The position numbers were made by a program, and so were the translations under genes. DNA of 64,000 bases from Patescibacteria group bacterium (GTDB lineage: Bacteria; Patescibacteriota; Microgenomatia; Levybacterales; GWA1-39-11): NCBI GenBank assembly GCA_035549295.1, contig DASZRG010000043.1, positions 1,910 through 65,909 of the forward strand, in the 5' to 3' direction. The number at the start of each line of letters is the position of its first letter. Position 1 is the first letter of the stretch. The notes beneath the pieces are model-generated. The model was not told the origin of the DNA, did no database searches, and was given only the letters and a program-made list of their open reading frames with translations. Of the stretch, positions 64,000 through 64,000 are shown one piece after another.

Positions 64000-64000
64000 G

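Noticed and set aside
1-64000. Alternative genetic code (for example UGA recoding, as in some candidate-phyla lineages)
   Set aside because: Long conserved genes (rpoB, rpoC, fusA, alaS) are full length with standard stops and no in-frame UGA. TGG is used for Trp.

Overview
This 64 kb window comes from a low-GC, gene-dense bacterial chromosome that uses the standard genetic code. The whole window is dominated by minus-strand housekeeping genes. Reading the minus strand from high to low coordinate, the order is a pyrimidine/AMP-phosphorylase-family gene, mltG, rpoB, rpoC, rpsL, rpsG, then a 5 kb interruption, then fusA, then a 20 kb interruption, then tuf, rpsJ, then an opposite-strand CDF-transporter plus NUDIX pair, then rplC through rplR of the S10/spc ribosomal-protein operon. 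The conserved str/S10 synteny is therefore present but broken into pieces by lineage-specific insertions. These insertions encode a secreted 822 aa protein, a PIG-L deacetylase, two MsrB paralogs, a ChrA pair, a CcdA-thioredoxin fusion, a two-subunit ATP-citrate lyase, MurB, AlkA and others. Several ribosomal proteins carry unusual extensions: L24 has a C4 zinc ribbon, L3 and RpoB have long acidic tails, L4 has an N-terminal extension, and AlaRS is truncated. Together with a sortase, an archaeal-like phosphorylase and small membrane proteins, this resembles a reduced-genome, possibly CPR/Patescibacteria-like, organism; that assignment is inference, not shown. No rRNA gene, tRNA gene, CRISPR array, transposase or integrase was found. 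The most striking feature seen directly is that the intergenic DNA is saturated with at least seven families of short dispersed repeats. These include hairpin-forming elements in every non-overlapping ribosomal-operon junction, GTATCAC 9-mer arrays immediately after stop codons, a roughly 110 nt element present in two copies that both abut stop codons, and GTCAATTGAC palindromes in 3' regions. A 31 to 45 bp duplication of the msrB 3' end also flanks a 1 kb hypothetical-gene cassette.
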